The translations under genes were made by a program, and so were the position numbers. Source: Promethearchaeota archaeon (GTDB lineage: Archaea; Asgardarchaeota; Lokiarchaeia; Sigyniarchaeales; SOKP01). Taken from it: 64,000 nucleotides of DNA. Below, piece after piece: positions 1-10,350 of this stretch; the stretch's first letter is position 1, and each line of letters starts with the position of its first letter. The notes below the pieces were generated by a model. That model did not search any database and was not told where the DNA came from. It was given only the letters and a program-made list of their open reading frames with translations. The stretch covers positions 1 through 64,000 of the forward strand of contig JBHLOI010000016.1 in assembly GCA_048940645.1 (NCBI GenBank), given 5' to 3'.

Positions 1-319
1 TTCATAATACAAATAATTTATATTTCCTTTGTCTAAATAAATAAATATGGAAATTTAAATTTTGTTTAAAAAGATAATTATTTTTCAGATTTTCTATAAA
101 GTGTTGTAATTCCGAAGAAGATGATCACAACATTAATGTCCTCTGTGAGTTTTAGAAAAAATCAATCATTTTATTTTTATCAATATAATTTTTTCATATG
201 AAAAATAAAATTGAATTGATCAAAGTGAGATAGTATTTTATATAATCACATCTTAATCTTTAGATATTAGAAGATCGTTTCGATCATAGGTATTAATTTC
301 TAGGGTAAGGTTGAAAAGT

Positions 320-835
320 ATGTTTATGGAGAATCCTGTTTTAAAAGATTATATAATCAATGATATCATGAGAGAAATAGAAGATAATGGCTTTAAAATT
401 GAAAAAGTGTATGTAGAACATTTTATTGAAAATTTTCAGGAAGAATATCATCGATTACCCAAAAAAAATGAAATAAATTCTATTGCAAAGAGTTATATTA
501 AAATTATAAAAGATGACGAGAAGGATCAGTCTATTAAAGTACCAACTGAAGCAGATAAAAGCCTTTCTGAGCAAATGGAACCAGTTATTAAAAATTTCAT
601 AGAAAAAAAGAATTTAATAAAATCAATTGCAAGTAAACCTATTTTTAAATTTTCTGGAGAAATACTAAAAATTCCTAAACCACAAGGTCGAAGAGTATGC
701 CCGATCTGTGGTGATGAAAGCTGGTTTAAAATTCATGAAACTATAGATAAAAGTTATGTTATATGTGATTATCCGCGTATTTATGGCAAAAAATATACTT
801 GTTCAGGTTGTGGATGCCAATGGAGAGAAGGGTAA
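320..835 (+). CDS. Hypothetical protein with C-terminal Zn-ribbon
   Basis: CPICG...CSGCG pairs; ATG at 320 or 326 more likely than TTG at 311. Confidence 0.7.
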   Translation: MFMENPVLKDYIINDIMREIEDNGFKIEKVYVEHFIENFQEEYHRLPKKNEINSIAKSYIKIIKDDEKDQSIKVPTEADKSLSEQMEPVIKNFIEKKNLIKSIASKPIFKFSGEILKIPKPQGRRVCPICGDESWFKIHETIDKSYVICDYPRIYGKKYTCSGCGCQWREG

Positions 836-942
836 ATGTTTTCTCTCATAACTTGTTTTTTTAATATGCTACCTTTATTTAAATAAAAATTTAAATAGTT
901 CAATATTTAAAATTATATTACTAAATAATCTTAGGTCTTTTT

Positions 943-1923
943 ATGGAAGCAGAGCATGCGATTGTTTTTAATCCAATTGCTAATAAAGGTAAAGTAGAAA
1001 AAAATATTGGAATAGTAACTAAATATTTGGATGATTTAAACGTTTCATACAAACTATACTCAACTGAATATCCTGGTCACGCTATTGAATTAGCTAATAA
1101 TCTTGCCAAAGATGGCTATAGAGTTATAGCTGCTGGCGGAGATGGAACCGCAAATGAAGTGCTTCATGGAACAATAACATCAAATTCAGGAGCGCTTTGT
1201 GGATTTATTCCGATGGGTTCTGGAAATGATATTCCTGCTGCGGTAGGATATAGAGCAGATATTAAACGAGCATGCGAAATTATAGCTGAGGGATATTCAA
1301 GTAAATGTGATATTGGATTTGCTATAACTGATGATGAAGTCAAAAGATACTTCCTTGGAATTGGAAGTCAAGGATTTGATTCTGAAGTTGCTCGAAGATC
1401 AAATGAAAATAAAGAAAAAGACTATAATATGATAATTCTTGACTTATTAAGGACATGGGAAAATAAAGAGATTATCGTTAAAATGGATAATGATACCTTT
1501 GAAGGTGAAGCTAATCTTGCGGCTGTAGGACTTTCTGGAGCTTATGGTGGAGGTATGTTTATTTGTCAAAGAGCTAGCATTGACGATGGACTTTTTGATA
1601 TTAGTATCGTAAATATTGATAAAGTTAAATTAGCTAGACAATTTAGAAGAATGTATAACGCTTCACTTCTACCACATCCAAATATCGAGGAATATCAGAG
1701 CAAAAAAGTAAGAGTCGAAATGAGAAACCTTGAAGATGAGCCATACTCAAGTCAAGTAGATGGTGAAGTATTAGGACCACTTCCCGTCACATATGAATGT
1801 ATCCGAGACGGATATGAATTCATTCGACCAAGAACAAATGAGTTTGCTGAAGAATTTAAACAAAGATACGGACATTACATGTGGGAGTGTTGGGACGAAT
1901 TAGAAAAACGTAAAAGTAAATAA
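943..1923 (+). CDS. Diacylglycerol/lipid kinase family (YegS/DgkB-like)
   Basis: NP, GGDGT, PMGSGND, YGGG, QVDGE motifs. Confidence 0.92.
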   Translation: MEAEHAIVFNPIANKGKVEKNIGIVTKYLDDLNVSYKLYSTEYPGHAIELANNLAKDGYRVIAAGGDGTANEVLHGTITSNSGALCGFIPMGSGNDIPAAVGYRADIKRACEIIAEGYSSKCDIGFAITDDEVKRYFLGIGSQGFDSEVARRSNENKEKDYNMIILDLLRTWENKEIIVKMDNDTFEGEANLAAVGLSGAYGGGMFICQRASIDDGLFDISIVNIDKVKLARQFRRMYNASLLPHPNIEEYQSKKVRVEMRNLEDEPYSSQVDGEVLGPLPVTYECIRDGYEFIRPRTNEFAEEFKQRYGHYMWECWDELEKRKSK

Positions 1924-1978
1924 GGATTAAATTATTTATTCAATTCTCTATTTATAATAAATTAAATAATTATTGATA

Positions 1979-2602
1979 ATGAATATTTGGAATTCTATTT
2001 TTACTGAAAAAGGGAAAGTATTCATAGAACCTCATCCTGACATGGAAAAAATTGTAGAGATTTTCCACGAAAAAAAATTCAGAAAGATACTTGATCTTGG
2101 ATGTGGTACGGGAAGACATTTAATTTATTTTTCTAAACATGGTTTTGAAGTATTTGGGTTAGATGCTGCTCCTAGAGGTTTAGAAATTGCCCAGCGATGG
2201 TTAATAAAGGAAAAGTTAAAAGCAAAATTAACCCAACATAGAATCGAAAATCGATTTCCTTTCGAAGATAACTTTTTTGATGTTATTATTTCAATCCAAG
2301 TAATCCATCATAATTTAAGAAAAGACATTTTATTTACAATAAAAGAAATTGAAAGGATTTTAAAAAGAGGGGGCTACATATTTATAACCTTTCCAATTTT
2401 AAATGAAGGAACTAAAATAGATAAATGGGAATTAAAGGAAATAGAAAAAGGGACTTATATTCCTTTAACAGGCCCAGAAAAAGACTTACCTCACCACTTT
2501 TTTACTATAGAAGAGATTCATGAACTATTTAGATCTTTTGATTTATTAGAAGTATATACTGATAAAACAAAACATCGGGCTATTTTAGGAGTGAAAAAAT
2601 AA
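1979..2602 (+). CDS. Class I SAM-dependent methyltransferase
   Basis: ILDLGCGTGRH motif I, PFEDNFFDVI, RILKRGG. Confidence 0.9.
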   Translation: MNIWNSIFTEKGKVFIEPHPDMEKIVEIFHEKKFRKILDLGCGTGRHLIYFSKHGFEVFGLDAAPRGLEIAQRWLIKEKLKAKLTQHRIENRFPFEDNFFDVIISIQVIHHNLRKDILFTIKEIERILKRGGYIFITFPILNEGTKIDKWELKEIEKGTYIPLTGPEKDLPHHFFTIEEIHELFRSFDLLEVYTDKTKHRAILGVKK

Positions 2603-2619
2603 ATATAGTGAACTTTTTT

Positions 2620-3081
2620 TTAACCCAAATCATATTCAGTGAATAATTTTTTAAGAAAAGTTTGCCTTCCGGCTAATTTTCCTAATTCCGTTGCTGCTTT
2701 TGAATACCTCATTATAACACTAACATTTCCTTCAATTTTCAACCTACCTGACATTATAAACTGAGTTGGATTGATTCTTTTTGTGCGCATCTCTTTCCAA
2801 ATATGAAGTGAGGCTCTTAAGATTAGTATGGGTTTTCTTGGAGGATCCTCATTTGGAGCAAGTAATTTTATTGCCAAACATTTACCATCTTTAAGGTCTA
2901 AATATATTCTAACATCATCCTTAATCTCACCACTAGCTCCCATTAACCATAATAGAGACCCCTCAAATCCTACTCCCCACCCTTTTGCTGCTTGATTATA
3001 TTCTAAGCTGTTATTAATAGTTTTGCAAAATTCTTTTGTAAAATTGCCACTTAACTCTAAGAGCCCTTCGTATTTGATCAT
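2620..3081 (-). CDS. SCP2 sterol/lipid-binding domain protein
   Basis: INPTQFIMSGRLKIEGN is the typical SCP2 C-terminal motif. Confidence 0.82.
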   Translation of the reverse strand: MIKYEGLLELSGNFTKEFCKTINNSLEYNQAAKGWGVGFEGSLLWLMGASGEIKDDVRIYLDLKDGKCLAIKLLAPNEDPPRKPILILRASLHIWKEMRTKRINPTQFIMSGRLKIEGNVSVIMRYSKAATELGKLAGRQTFLKKLFTEYDLG

Positions 3082-3124
3082 GGTTCACAAAATTCTTATT
3101 CTTAAAATAATAATATCTCTTATA

Positions 3125-3937
3125 ATGGAGTTTACATGGGATATTATAATTATTTTATTATTATTTGGAGCTTTATTTGGTATACTCAGTACAATGACTG
3201 GAACAGGAGGCGGTGTATTTTATGTTAGTTTTACAACTGTATTTTTCTTGATCCCCATTAATGCTTCAATTGACACCTCTAATTTTATTATTTTGTTAAC
3301 CTCTGCTTCGGGATTTATAATATATTTAAAAGATAAAAGAACAAATGTAAAACTTTCCTTAATATTTAGTGGATTTTCAATATTTGGATGCTTATTAAGC
3401 ACATTGTTGTTGGGATTTGTAAAAATAGATAATTCAATTCTAAGTATATTGTTTGCCACCTTATTAATTATTATTGGATTATATATGGTCTATAAAAGCA
3501 TTCATAAGCATAGAAATTCAACCAATAATAAGATTAACAAATCATTTATTGAAGATTTTTCTTTTTTAAAAAGTTTTGACTATAAAACTAAATTAAAGAA
3601 AACTATACCTCTTTTCTTATTAGCAGGCTTCTCTTCAAACCTATTAGGAATTGGTGGTGGTGTGATTATTACTCCAGCATTAAATATCCTTTTAAATTTT
3701 CCAATTCATTATGCTACAGCAGTTTCAACATCTATAGTATTCTTTTTAGCCATTTATAATTCACTTTCGAAACTAATATTTGGTCAGGTTGAGTTTATAT
3801 TAGGATTATTAATTGGGTTAGGGTCCATTTTAGGTGCGATTATTGGAGCTAAAATTTCAAAAAAAATGCCAAAGTTTTATCTCCAGTTATTTGTAGCAAT
3901 AGTCTTAATAGGTTTTGCTATTAGAATGTATTTTTAA
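3125..3937 (+). CDS. Sulfite exporter TauE/SafE family membrane protein
   Basis: Two GxGGG repeats (TGTGGG, LGIGGG), many TM segments; start moved to ATG 3125 to remove overlap with the SCP2 gene. Confidence 0.88.
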   Translation: MEFTWDIIIILLLFGALFGILSTMTGTGGGVFYVSFTTVFFLIPINASIDTSNFIILLTSASGFIIYLKDKRTNVKLSLIFSGFSIFGCLLSTLLLGFVKIDNSILSILFATLLIIIGLYMVYKSIHKHRNSTNNKINKSFIEDFSFLKSFDYKTKLKKTIPLFLLAGFSSNLLGIGGGVIITPALNILLNFPIHYATAVSTSIVFFLAIYNSLSKLIFGQVEFILGLLIGLGSILGAIIGAKISKKMPKFYLQLFVAIVLIGFAIRMYF

Positions 3938-3940
3938 AAA

Positions 3941-5119
3941 TTAAATTGATTGATTATCTCTTCTCTTAACATAAATCCTTTTGATTATAAGAATCACCAA
4001 TGTAGAAACTCCAATAATTGCAAAGAAAATAATAAGTAGAATCAATAATTCTGTATCTAATACATTGATATCCTGTTTCCATGGAAAGTTACCTTGATAA
4101 TTATTAGATGGAATATCCAAGTAGTTATTATAGATAAATTGCTCGACAGTTCGACCTGTGATCTCAAGGCTCATATTTGAAATATGGGATAAATCGTCTT
4201 GAGTTGTGTGATGATAAGGCCAGTTAGGATTATCCCAAAATTTTATAATTAAATCTGCTGAAGGAGTCCCATTATTGATAAAAGCAACATGATCATCAGT
4301 AATGGTTGCCGAATAAGGATCTGTAGGAAATTGATCTGTATATCCTAGTTGTCTTCCTATCTCAAATAATTCTTCTAATAATGACGAAGTTGAGTGTTGC
4401 TCATTAATAAACTGTAAATTTTCACCTCCAACCATATCTAACAAAAGCATACAATCAAAATACTCTTTTGAGGAATTGTAGAAATTATTGATATTATTTA
4501 CGAAACTTGTTGATCCTTCACACCAATCCCAATCTTCTATTCCAGCACCATAATCATAACCCTGATCTTCTGCATCAAAAAATAAAAACCAAATTTGACA
4601 GCTTAAATTTATCCTTCTTTCATATAAAACTCTTGCTAATTCGATTAATACAGCACAACCACTTGCACCATCATTAGCACCTGGAACTGGCTTTGTTCTA
4701 TTGATAATTATTGAATCTTTTGTCGCTCTTGCTCTAGAGTCATAATGTGATCCTATAATAACGATATTACTGAAATTCTCGTTGAGTTTGAATAAAACAT
4801 TTTGGCATTCTATTGAATGAATTGTAAAATTATGTAAAATGTAAGAAAAATTTGAATCTATTTCATGAAATTTTGTTATAAAATATTGAGCGCACTGCTC
4901 TCTTCCCTGAGTACCCGGAATTCTGAAATGCGTTTGATTTAACTGAATTTGATCCTCGATATAAATAAATGCATTATCCCCTTCAAAATTCAAAACTATA
5001 TCAATATTTTTTAAATCAGACTTTTTAATTAGAAATAATGGTAAAAGAAATCCACCTATCATTGTTAAAATTAGTAGAACTATTATAGTGATTTTGTATG
5101 ATTTTTTTATAAATCCCAC
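3941..5119 (-). CDS. M28 family peptidase / glutaminyl cyclase-like, membrane anchored
   Basis: SHYDSR, GANDGASG, FFDAED, LLDMVG, DDH, HHT; hydrophobic helices at both ends. Confidence 0.88.
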   Translation of the reverse strand: MGFIKKSYKITIIVLLILTMIGGFLLPLFLIKKSDLKNIDIVLNFEGDNAFIYIEDQIQLNQTHFRIPGTQGREQCAQYFITKFHEIDSNFSYILHNFTIHSIECQNVLFKLNENFSNIVIIGSHYDSRARATKDSIIINRTKPVPGANDGASGCAVLIELARVLYERRINLSCQIWFLFFDAEDQGYDYGAGIEDWDWCEGSTSFVNNINNFYNSSKEYFDCMLLLDMVGGENLQFINEQHSTSSLLEELFEIGRQLGYTDQFPTDPYSATITDDHVAFINNGTPSADLIIKFWDNPNWPYHHTTQDDLSHISNMSLEITGRTVEQFIYNNYLDIPSNNYQGNFPWKQDINVLDTELLILLIIFFAIIGVSTLVILIIKRIYVKRRDNQSI

Positions 5120-5196
5120 CTGAAAAATTATTTGTGTAATGTTCTCGTTTCTATTAAAACATAAAAGAAAAAAATAAATAAAAAATGTATTGAAAT

Positions 5197-5619
5197 TTAT
5201 TTAGGTTCAAAACCCAAATCTATTTTAGTTTCCCCCTCCAATTCAGTTTCTAGGAATTTAACTTTTACAGGCATTCCTATATTAATGGTCTCTGGCTTAC
5301 TTTCATTAACACCAACAAGTTGTGCTGAGACCATAGGCCCTTCTTCTAACTTTATAACTGAAAAACAATATGGCTTATTTCTATCGTATCCTTTTTCAAT
5401 AAAATATGGTGTACCCACTGTGATACATGTAAATGCTGCAAGCTCGCCTTTTCCAGACATCTCAACCCATTCCATATTGAGTGAATTACATTTGGTGCAG
5501 AGTTTTCTTACTGGAGTATATAACATACCACAATCTTTACATTTTGAACCCATAAGTTTCTTATTTTGGATAAACTCTAAATAATTTTGAATTGTGAATT
5601 CCTTATCTTCTTCAGACAT
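5197..5619 (-). CDS. DUF35 Zn-ribbon/OB-fold protein (thiolase partner)
   Basis: CKDCG...CTKC, LEEGP, IGMPVKV; directly downstream of thiolase. Confidence 0.9.
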   Translation of the reverse strand: MSEEDKEFTIQNYLEFIQNKKLMGSKCKDCGMLYTPVRKLCTKCNSLNMEWVEMSGKGELAAFTCITVGTPYFIEKGYDRNKPYCFSVIKLEEGPMVSAQLVGVNESKPETINIGMPVKVKFLETELEGETKIDLGFEPK

Positions 5620-5631
5620 TTTTTATTCACC

Positions 5632-6891
5632 TCACTTTTTGTAGATAGTGACAACACATGTTGCTCCACTACCACCTAAGTTATGTGTTAAGGCTTTTTC
5701 AACGTCAAATTTCACTTGTCTATTCCGTTCGGCTCTTCCTCGCATTTGTTTGAAAATTTCCACAGCGTGAGCAGCACCAGTCGCCCCTACGGGATGTCCT
5801 TTTGATTTCAAACCTCCAGAGGTGTTTATTGGTTGCTCACCATCTCTTTTTGTTCTACCTTCTCTTACTGCATCGACTGCCTTACCTTTTTCATAAAAAC
5901 CTAGATCCTCCAAAGCTACAAGTTCAGCTATGGTAAAACAATCATGGACCTCTGCAATCTGAATATCCTTTGGTTTGAATCCAGACATTTCATAGGCCTG
6001 TCTTGCAGCTTCTCTCGTTGCTATAAATCCAGTCAGATCATCACGGTCATGAATTGATAGAGCAGCACTTCCTTGACCTGTTCCTGCAATCCAGATTGGT
6101 GTATCTGTAAAATTTTTAGCAACATCCTCAGCAGCAACAAATACACATGCGGCTCCATCTGTTACCAAACTACAATCAAAAAGTCTAAGCGGATAAGCAA
6201 TCATAGGATTTGAATCACTTTTAAGGTAATCAAACTCATCCTTCCAATCAGGAACATCTCTTCCTTGTTGTTCTAACTTTTTAATTTTACTTTGCATTAA
6301 TTGCTTAATTGTTCTTTGCATTTGAGCGAATGGATTTTCAGCTCCATTTTCATGATTTTTAATTCCAATTCTCATTAAATCTTCGGTGGTTGTTCCATAT
6401 TTATGAAAATGAGCCGAAGCAACAGTTGCATATAATCCCGGAAATGTAGCACCTGCTGGATATTCAAAAAGAGAATCGCTTGCTGTGGCTAATGTATCAG
6501 TAACTAAACTTGTGGGTAATTCATTCATGCATTCTACTCCTGAAACGGCAACAACATCATGTATACCAGATGCTATTGCGATAATAGCCTGTCTTAAAGC
6601 AATTCCAGAACTTGCACATGCACCTTCAAATCTTGATGCAGGTTTAGGACTCAACCCAACTAAATTTGCCATTTGAGGTCCTAAATGTCCTTGATGATTA
6701 AACAAGTCAGAAGAATAATTTCCAACGTAGCACGCATCTATATCTTTTGGTTCTATTCCATTATCAACTGAATTGACAGCATCAACCCAGGCATCAACCC
6801 AAAGATCGGGATTTCGTTTGAGTGGGAAAAGTCTTCCAAATTGAGACATCCCAGCGCCAACTATGGCAACTTTTCTTGCTAATTTTCCCAT
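5632..6891 (-). CDS. Thiolase, archaeal/SCP-x type
   Basis: EGACASS, DCSLVTDGAA, EVHDCF, GGLKSKGHPVGATG. Confidence 0.92.
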   Translation of the reverse strand: MGKLARKVAIVGAGMSQFGRLFPLKRNPDLWVDAWVDAVNSVDNGIEPKDIDACYVGNYSSDLFNHQGHLGPQMANLVGLSPKPASRFEGACASSGIALRQAIIAIASGIHDVVAVSGVECMNELPTSLVTDTLATASDSLFEYPAGATFPGLYATVASAHFHKYGTTTEDLMRIGIKNHENGAENPFAQMQRTIKQLMQSKIKKLEQQGRDVPDWKDEFDYLKSDSNPMIAYPLRLFDCSLVTDGAACVFVAAEDVAKNFTDTPIWIAGTGQGSAALSIHDRDDLTGFIATREAARQAYEMSGFKPKDIQIAEVHDCFTIAELVALEDLGFYEKGKAVDAVREGRTKRDGEQPINTSGGLKSKGHPVGATGAAHAVEIFKQMRGRAERNRQVKFDVEKALTHNLGGSGATCVVTIYKK

Positions 6892-7018
6892 TTTTTGTAC
6901 CTTTTATTTGTTTTTTTTTAATTTAAAAAATTAATAAATTGAATTGTTGGTTTTTTTTATTTCTTTTTCTTTCACTTAATAGTTAATATTTTTATCTATT
7001 TTTTCATTAGTTAAATTT

Positions 7019-7453
7019 ATGTCAAAATTAGAACCAGTTAAATGGGAAGATTATAAAGTAGGAGATTCAGCAGAATTTACTAAAACTATTACCGAAGAGG
7101 ATGTAATGAAATTTGCAGAAGTGACTGGAGATTATAACCCTATACATGTTAATCCTGAATATGCAAAAACTCAGATGTTTGGGAAACAAGTTGCACATGG
7201 TGCTCTGAGTTCTGGTTTAATTTCAGCTGTTTTAGGTACCAAATTGTTTGGACCAGGAATTTTGTATGGTGGACAGACTGTTAAGTTTATTAAACCCGTA
7301 TTTTTTGGTGATACATTAACCGCTGTTGGCACAGTGAAAGAAAAGTTCACGAAAAAAGAAGGTAAATTAAAATTTATTATATGTGATACAATAGTAAAAA
7401 ACCAGAATGAAGAAATCGTTACATCTGGAGAAGGAACAATAGTATTTATGTAA
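7019..7453 (+). CDS. MaoC family (R)-enoyl-CoA hydratase
   Basis: TGDYNPIH..., AHG hydratase-2 motif. Confidence 0.92.
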   Translation: MSKLEPVKWEDYKVGDSAEFTKTITEEDVMKFAEVTGDYNPIHVNPEYAKTQMFGKQVAHGALSSGLISAVLGTKLFGPGILYGGQTVKFIKPVFFGDTLTAVGTVKEKFTKKEGKLKFIICDTIVKNQNEEIVTSGEGTIVFM

Positions 7454-7501
7454 TACCTGACTAAATCTTCATTATTTTTGAACTTATCTGAGGAAGAAAA
7501 T

Positions 7502-7876
7502 ATGATTGAAGTATATGATTATAAGTATAGTAAAGGCAAACTTGCTGGATATATTGACGGTACAAACTATTTAGATAAAAAAAAGAGAGTAAAAGCACAG
7601 TTGGAAGGAAATGAATTTGTTGCACATGATCAAATTTTGCTAATATTGAAAGATGATGGCGTAATTACTTACAGTGAAGGCGAAGAACAAGGATATATTA
7701 AGGATGGAAGAATTTACTGGATAAACGATGAATTACTGTATGAATTTTCAAAAGAAGAAGGTAATATTTTAGATTCAAATCAAAAGGTTGTATTAAAATT
7801 AGAAGGAGATTATAAGAAACTTGATGACAGGGATTTCTTTGGGATAGCAGGATATTTTCTTGAACTCTTCGCTTAG
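7502..7876 (+). CDS. Hypothetical protein
   Basis: Open ORF filling the gap; repeated GYI beta-hairpin-like motifs; start uncertain (TTG 7478 or ATG 7502). Confidence 0.6.
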   Translation: MIEVYDYKYSKGKLAGYIDGTNYLDKKKRVKAQLEGNEFVAHDQILLILKDDGVITYSEGEEQGYIKDGRIYWINDELLYEFSKEEGNILDSNQKVVLKLEGDYKKLDDRDFFGIAGYFLELFA

Positions 7877-7894
7877 AAAATATGACTTAATATA

Positions 7895-8437
7895 TTAATA
7901 TTCTATACCTAATCGCGCATTTATTCCCTTAGAAGCATAATAATGCTTTATCATTCTCATCTCTGTTAATAAATCTGCTCTCTCTTTTATTTTTGGATGC
8001 ATATTTGGCCCCCCTGTTAAAATTAATTCAACATTTTCTGGTTTTTTTTCTATTAACTTTAATACAGGTTCAACTTCAAGTAAACCATACGCGATGGCAA
8101 CACCTATCTCATCTAAAATGACAATATCATAATCATCACTTACAATGATTTTTTCTGCAAACTCTAAGGCTTTCTTAGCTTGCTCATAATCAATATCTCT
8201 TGGTTCACTAATCAAATCTGGAGTACCAAACTGCTTTACTTCAAAATTAGGTGTATTTTTGATTGATTCTAACTCACCATAACGATAATCACCTTTCATA
8301 AATTGCACCATATATACTTTAAAGCCATGACCAATTGCTCTGAATCCTTGTCCTAAAGCGGCTGTAGTTTTACCCTTACCTCTACCAAAATATACTTGAA
8401 CCAGTCCTTGGTTTAACCTTTTCCTATTGGAATTCAT
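7895..8437 (-). CDS. cobO: Cob(I)yrinic acid a,c-diamide adenosyltransferase (CobO/BtuR)
   Basis: GRGKGKTTAALG, VQFMKG, ILDEI, ELILTG, GIEY. Confidence 0.93.
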   Translation of the reverse strand: MNSNRKRLNQGLVQVYFGRGKGKTTAALGQGFRAIGHGFKVYMVQFMKGDYRYGELESIKNTPNFEVKQFGTPDLISEPRDIDYEQAKKALEFAEKIIVSDDYDIVILDEIGVAIAYGLLEVEPVLKLIEKKPENVELILTGGPNMHPKIKERADLLTEMRMIKHYYASKGINARLGIEY

Positions 8438-8551
8438 AATTTTCCTTATCGAATATTTAATTAAATAGTGGAATATTCTATCATTTAATTATTTTTTAAT
8501 CATAGTTAATAAAGTTTAATTATTATCTGATGCAGAAAGAACTGTGATTAT

Positions 8552-9322
8552 ATGGGAAATTTTAAAGAATTAAGTAATGAATTAAATAAATTTCTACGAT
8601 TATCTACTTTTCTTGTAGGAGTAAAATTATTAGAAAATTCAGATGAACTTAATAATATCAGATTTCTAAAAAAGCTGGAAAAAAAAGTAGCTGTTTGTCA
8701 AATTTTCAGCTATGCAAGGTACTATGGGTGGACTATGGGTTGTACTAAAGAAGATAATTTATGCCCACTTGCTGGAATATCTCTTGGGTTGGAAGAAGCA
8801 TATGAATTATTTGAAGAAGGTGCTTTTTTCGTGGGTAGATATAATGAAACTAAAGAAGCTGCCAAAAAAACCACAAATTCAATGCCTAGAATGCCCTTTG
8901 GTAAATTTTCTGCCATTGTAGCTGGTGCTTTACACCGTATCGATTTCACACCAGATTTAATTTTACTTTGGGGAAATTCTGCTCAAATTATGAGGATTAT
9001 TCAAGGATACCTTTGGAAAAAGGGCGGAAGAGTCTCAATGTCAACATTTTGCGATGGAGTATGCGCAGATACTATTTCGAATGCTATAATTACAAATGAT
9101 TTACAAATTGCTTTTCCTTGCCTTGGTGATCGTCGATTTAGTATGGCATTAGATTCTGACTTAATTGCATCTATACCTATTGGAATTATTGATAACATAA
9201 TAGAAGGGCTCGAAAAAACCCATAAAGCAGGCACGCGATATCCAATACCTTTTCAATTATCAACTCCTGAATACTTTGTAAAATTAAAAAAGCAATTAGA
9301 TAAAGTAAGAAGGAAGAATTAA
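8552..9322 (+). CDS. DUF169 family protein
   Basis: VCQ..ARYYG, CPLAG, PDLI, VCAD, PCLGDR motifs. Confidence 0.85.
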   Translation: MGNFKELSNELNKFLRLSTFLVGVKLLENSDELNNIRFLKKLEKKVAVCQIFSYARYYGWTMGCTKEDNLCPLAGISLGLEEAYELFEEGAFFVGRYNETKEAAKKTTNSMPRMPFGKFSAIVAGALHRIDFTPDLILLWGNSAQIMRIIQGYLWKKGGRVSMSTFCDGVCADTISNAIITNDLQIAFPCLGDRRFSMALDSDLIASIPIGIIDNIIEGLEKTHKAGTRYPIPFQLSTPEYFVKLKKQLDKVRRKN

Positions 9323-9323
9323 A

Positions 9324-10340
9324 ATGTCAAAAATTTTAGTAACAGGTGCGAATGGGTTTATTGGAGCTAACATTTTACGTGCAGCCTTAAAAAAGGGGTT
9401 TGAGGTTAGAGCTTTTGTTAGAAAAACATCTGATCTTCGTATGATACAGGATTTACCTGTTGAATTTTCCTACGGAGATTTAAGAGATCCTACTTCTTTA
9501 AGCAGAGCCATAGATAATTGTGATCATATCATTCATAATGGAGGAATTTACGTTTTTTCTCCAAAGTGGTTTTGGGCAGATATGACTAAGATTAATGCAA
9601 TTTATGACGTAAATGTTAAAGCTACAGATAATTTAATGAAATTAGCTAAAAGAAAAGGGATCAAAAAAGTAATTTATACTAGTTCTGAAAGCGCTATAGG
9701 AATGCCTTTAGATGGATCTTTAGGTGATGAAACACATTTTGCTACTAAAAAGGAATTACCAGGTCATTATAAAATTTCAAAATATTTAGGGGAATTAATA
9801 GCATTAAATTGGAACAAGAAAGGTCTTAATGTTTGTTCTATTTTACCAACCACGCCATTTGGTCCATATGACATTAAACCTACACCAACAGGAAGAATCA
9901 TTATGGATTTTATGAATGGGAAGATACCTGGATTTGTAGATTCTAAAATGAACGTTGTCCACGTAAAAGATGTGGCTATGGCACATGTCCTTGCTATTGA
10001 TAATGGAAAAGCAGGAGAGAGGTATATTGCTGGCAATAAAAATATAACATTTAAGGATTTCTTACGTTTAATTGCTGATGTTGCTGGAAAAAAAGCTCCA
10101 TGGCTATCAATACCAAAATTTGTAGCAAAACTATTCGCATTTTCTAATGAATTTATTTCTTGCAAGATAAAACATCAAGATCCAAAAACGCCTTTAGAGA
10201 GTGTAGCGGCTGCTGAATATCGAATATTTAATTGTAATAAAGCTTGGGATGAATTAAAGATGCCAAGAACGAATGTACGCTTAGCAATTAGGGAACAAAT
10301 TGATTGGTTTTATGAAAATGGTTATATCAAACAAAAGTAA
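9324..10340 (+). CDS. NAD-dependent epimerase/dehydratase (HpnA/dihydroflavonol reductase-like)
   Basis: TGANGFIG, YKISK, GPYDIKPTPTGRII, GERYI. Confidence 0.88.
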   Translation: MSKILVTGANGFIGANILRAALKKGFEVRAFVRKTSDLRMIQDLPVEFSYGDLRDPTSLSRAIDNCDHIIHNGGIYVFSPKWFWADMTKINAIYDVNVKATDNLMKLAKRKGIKKVIYTSSESAIGMPLDGSLGDETHFATKKELPGHYKISKYLGELIALNWNKKGLNVCSILPTTPFGPYDIKPTPTGRIIMDFMNGKIPGFVDSKMNVVHVKDVAMAHVLAIDNGKAGERYIAGNKNITFKDFLRLIADVAGKKAPWLSIPKFVAKLFAFSNEFISCKIKHQDPKTPLESVAAAEYRIFNCNKAWDELKMPRTNVRLAIREQIDWFYENGYIKQK

Positions 10341-10350
10341 GCATTAAGCT

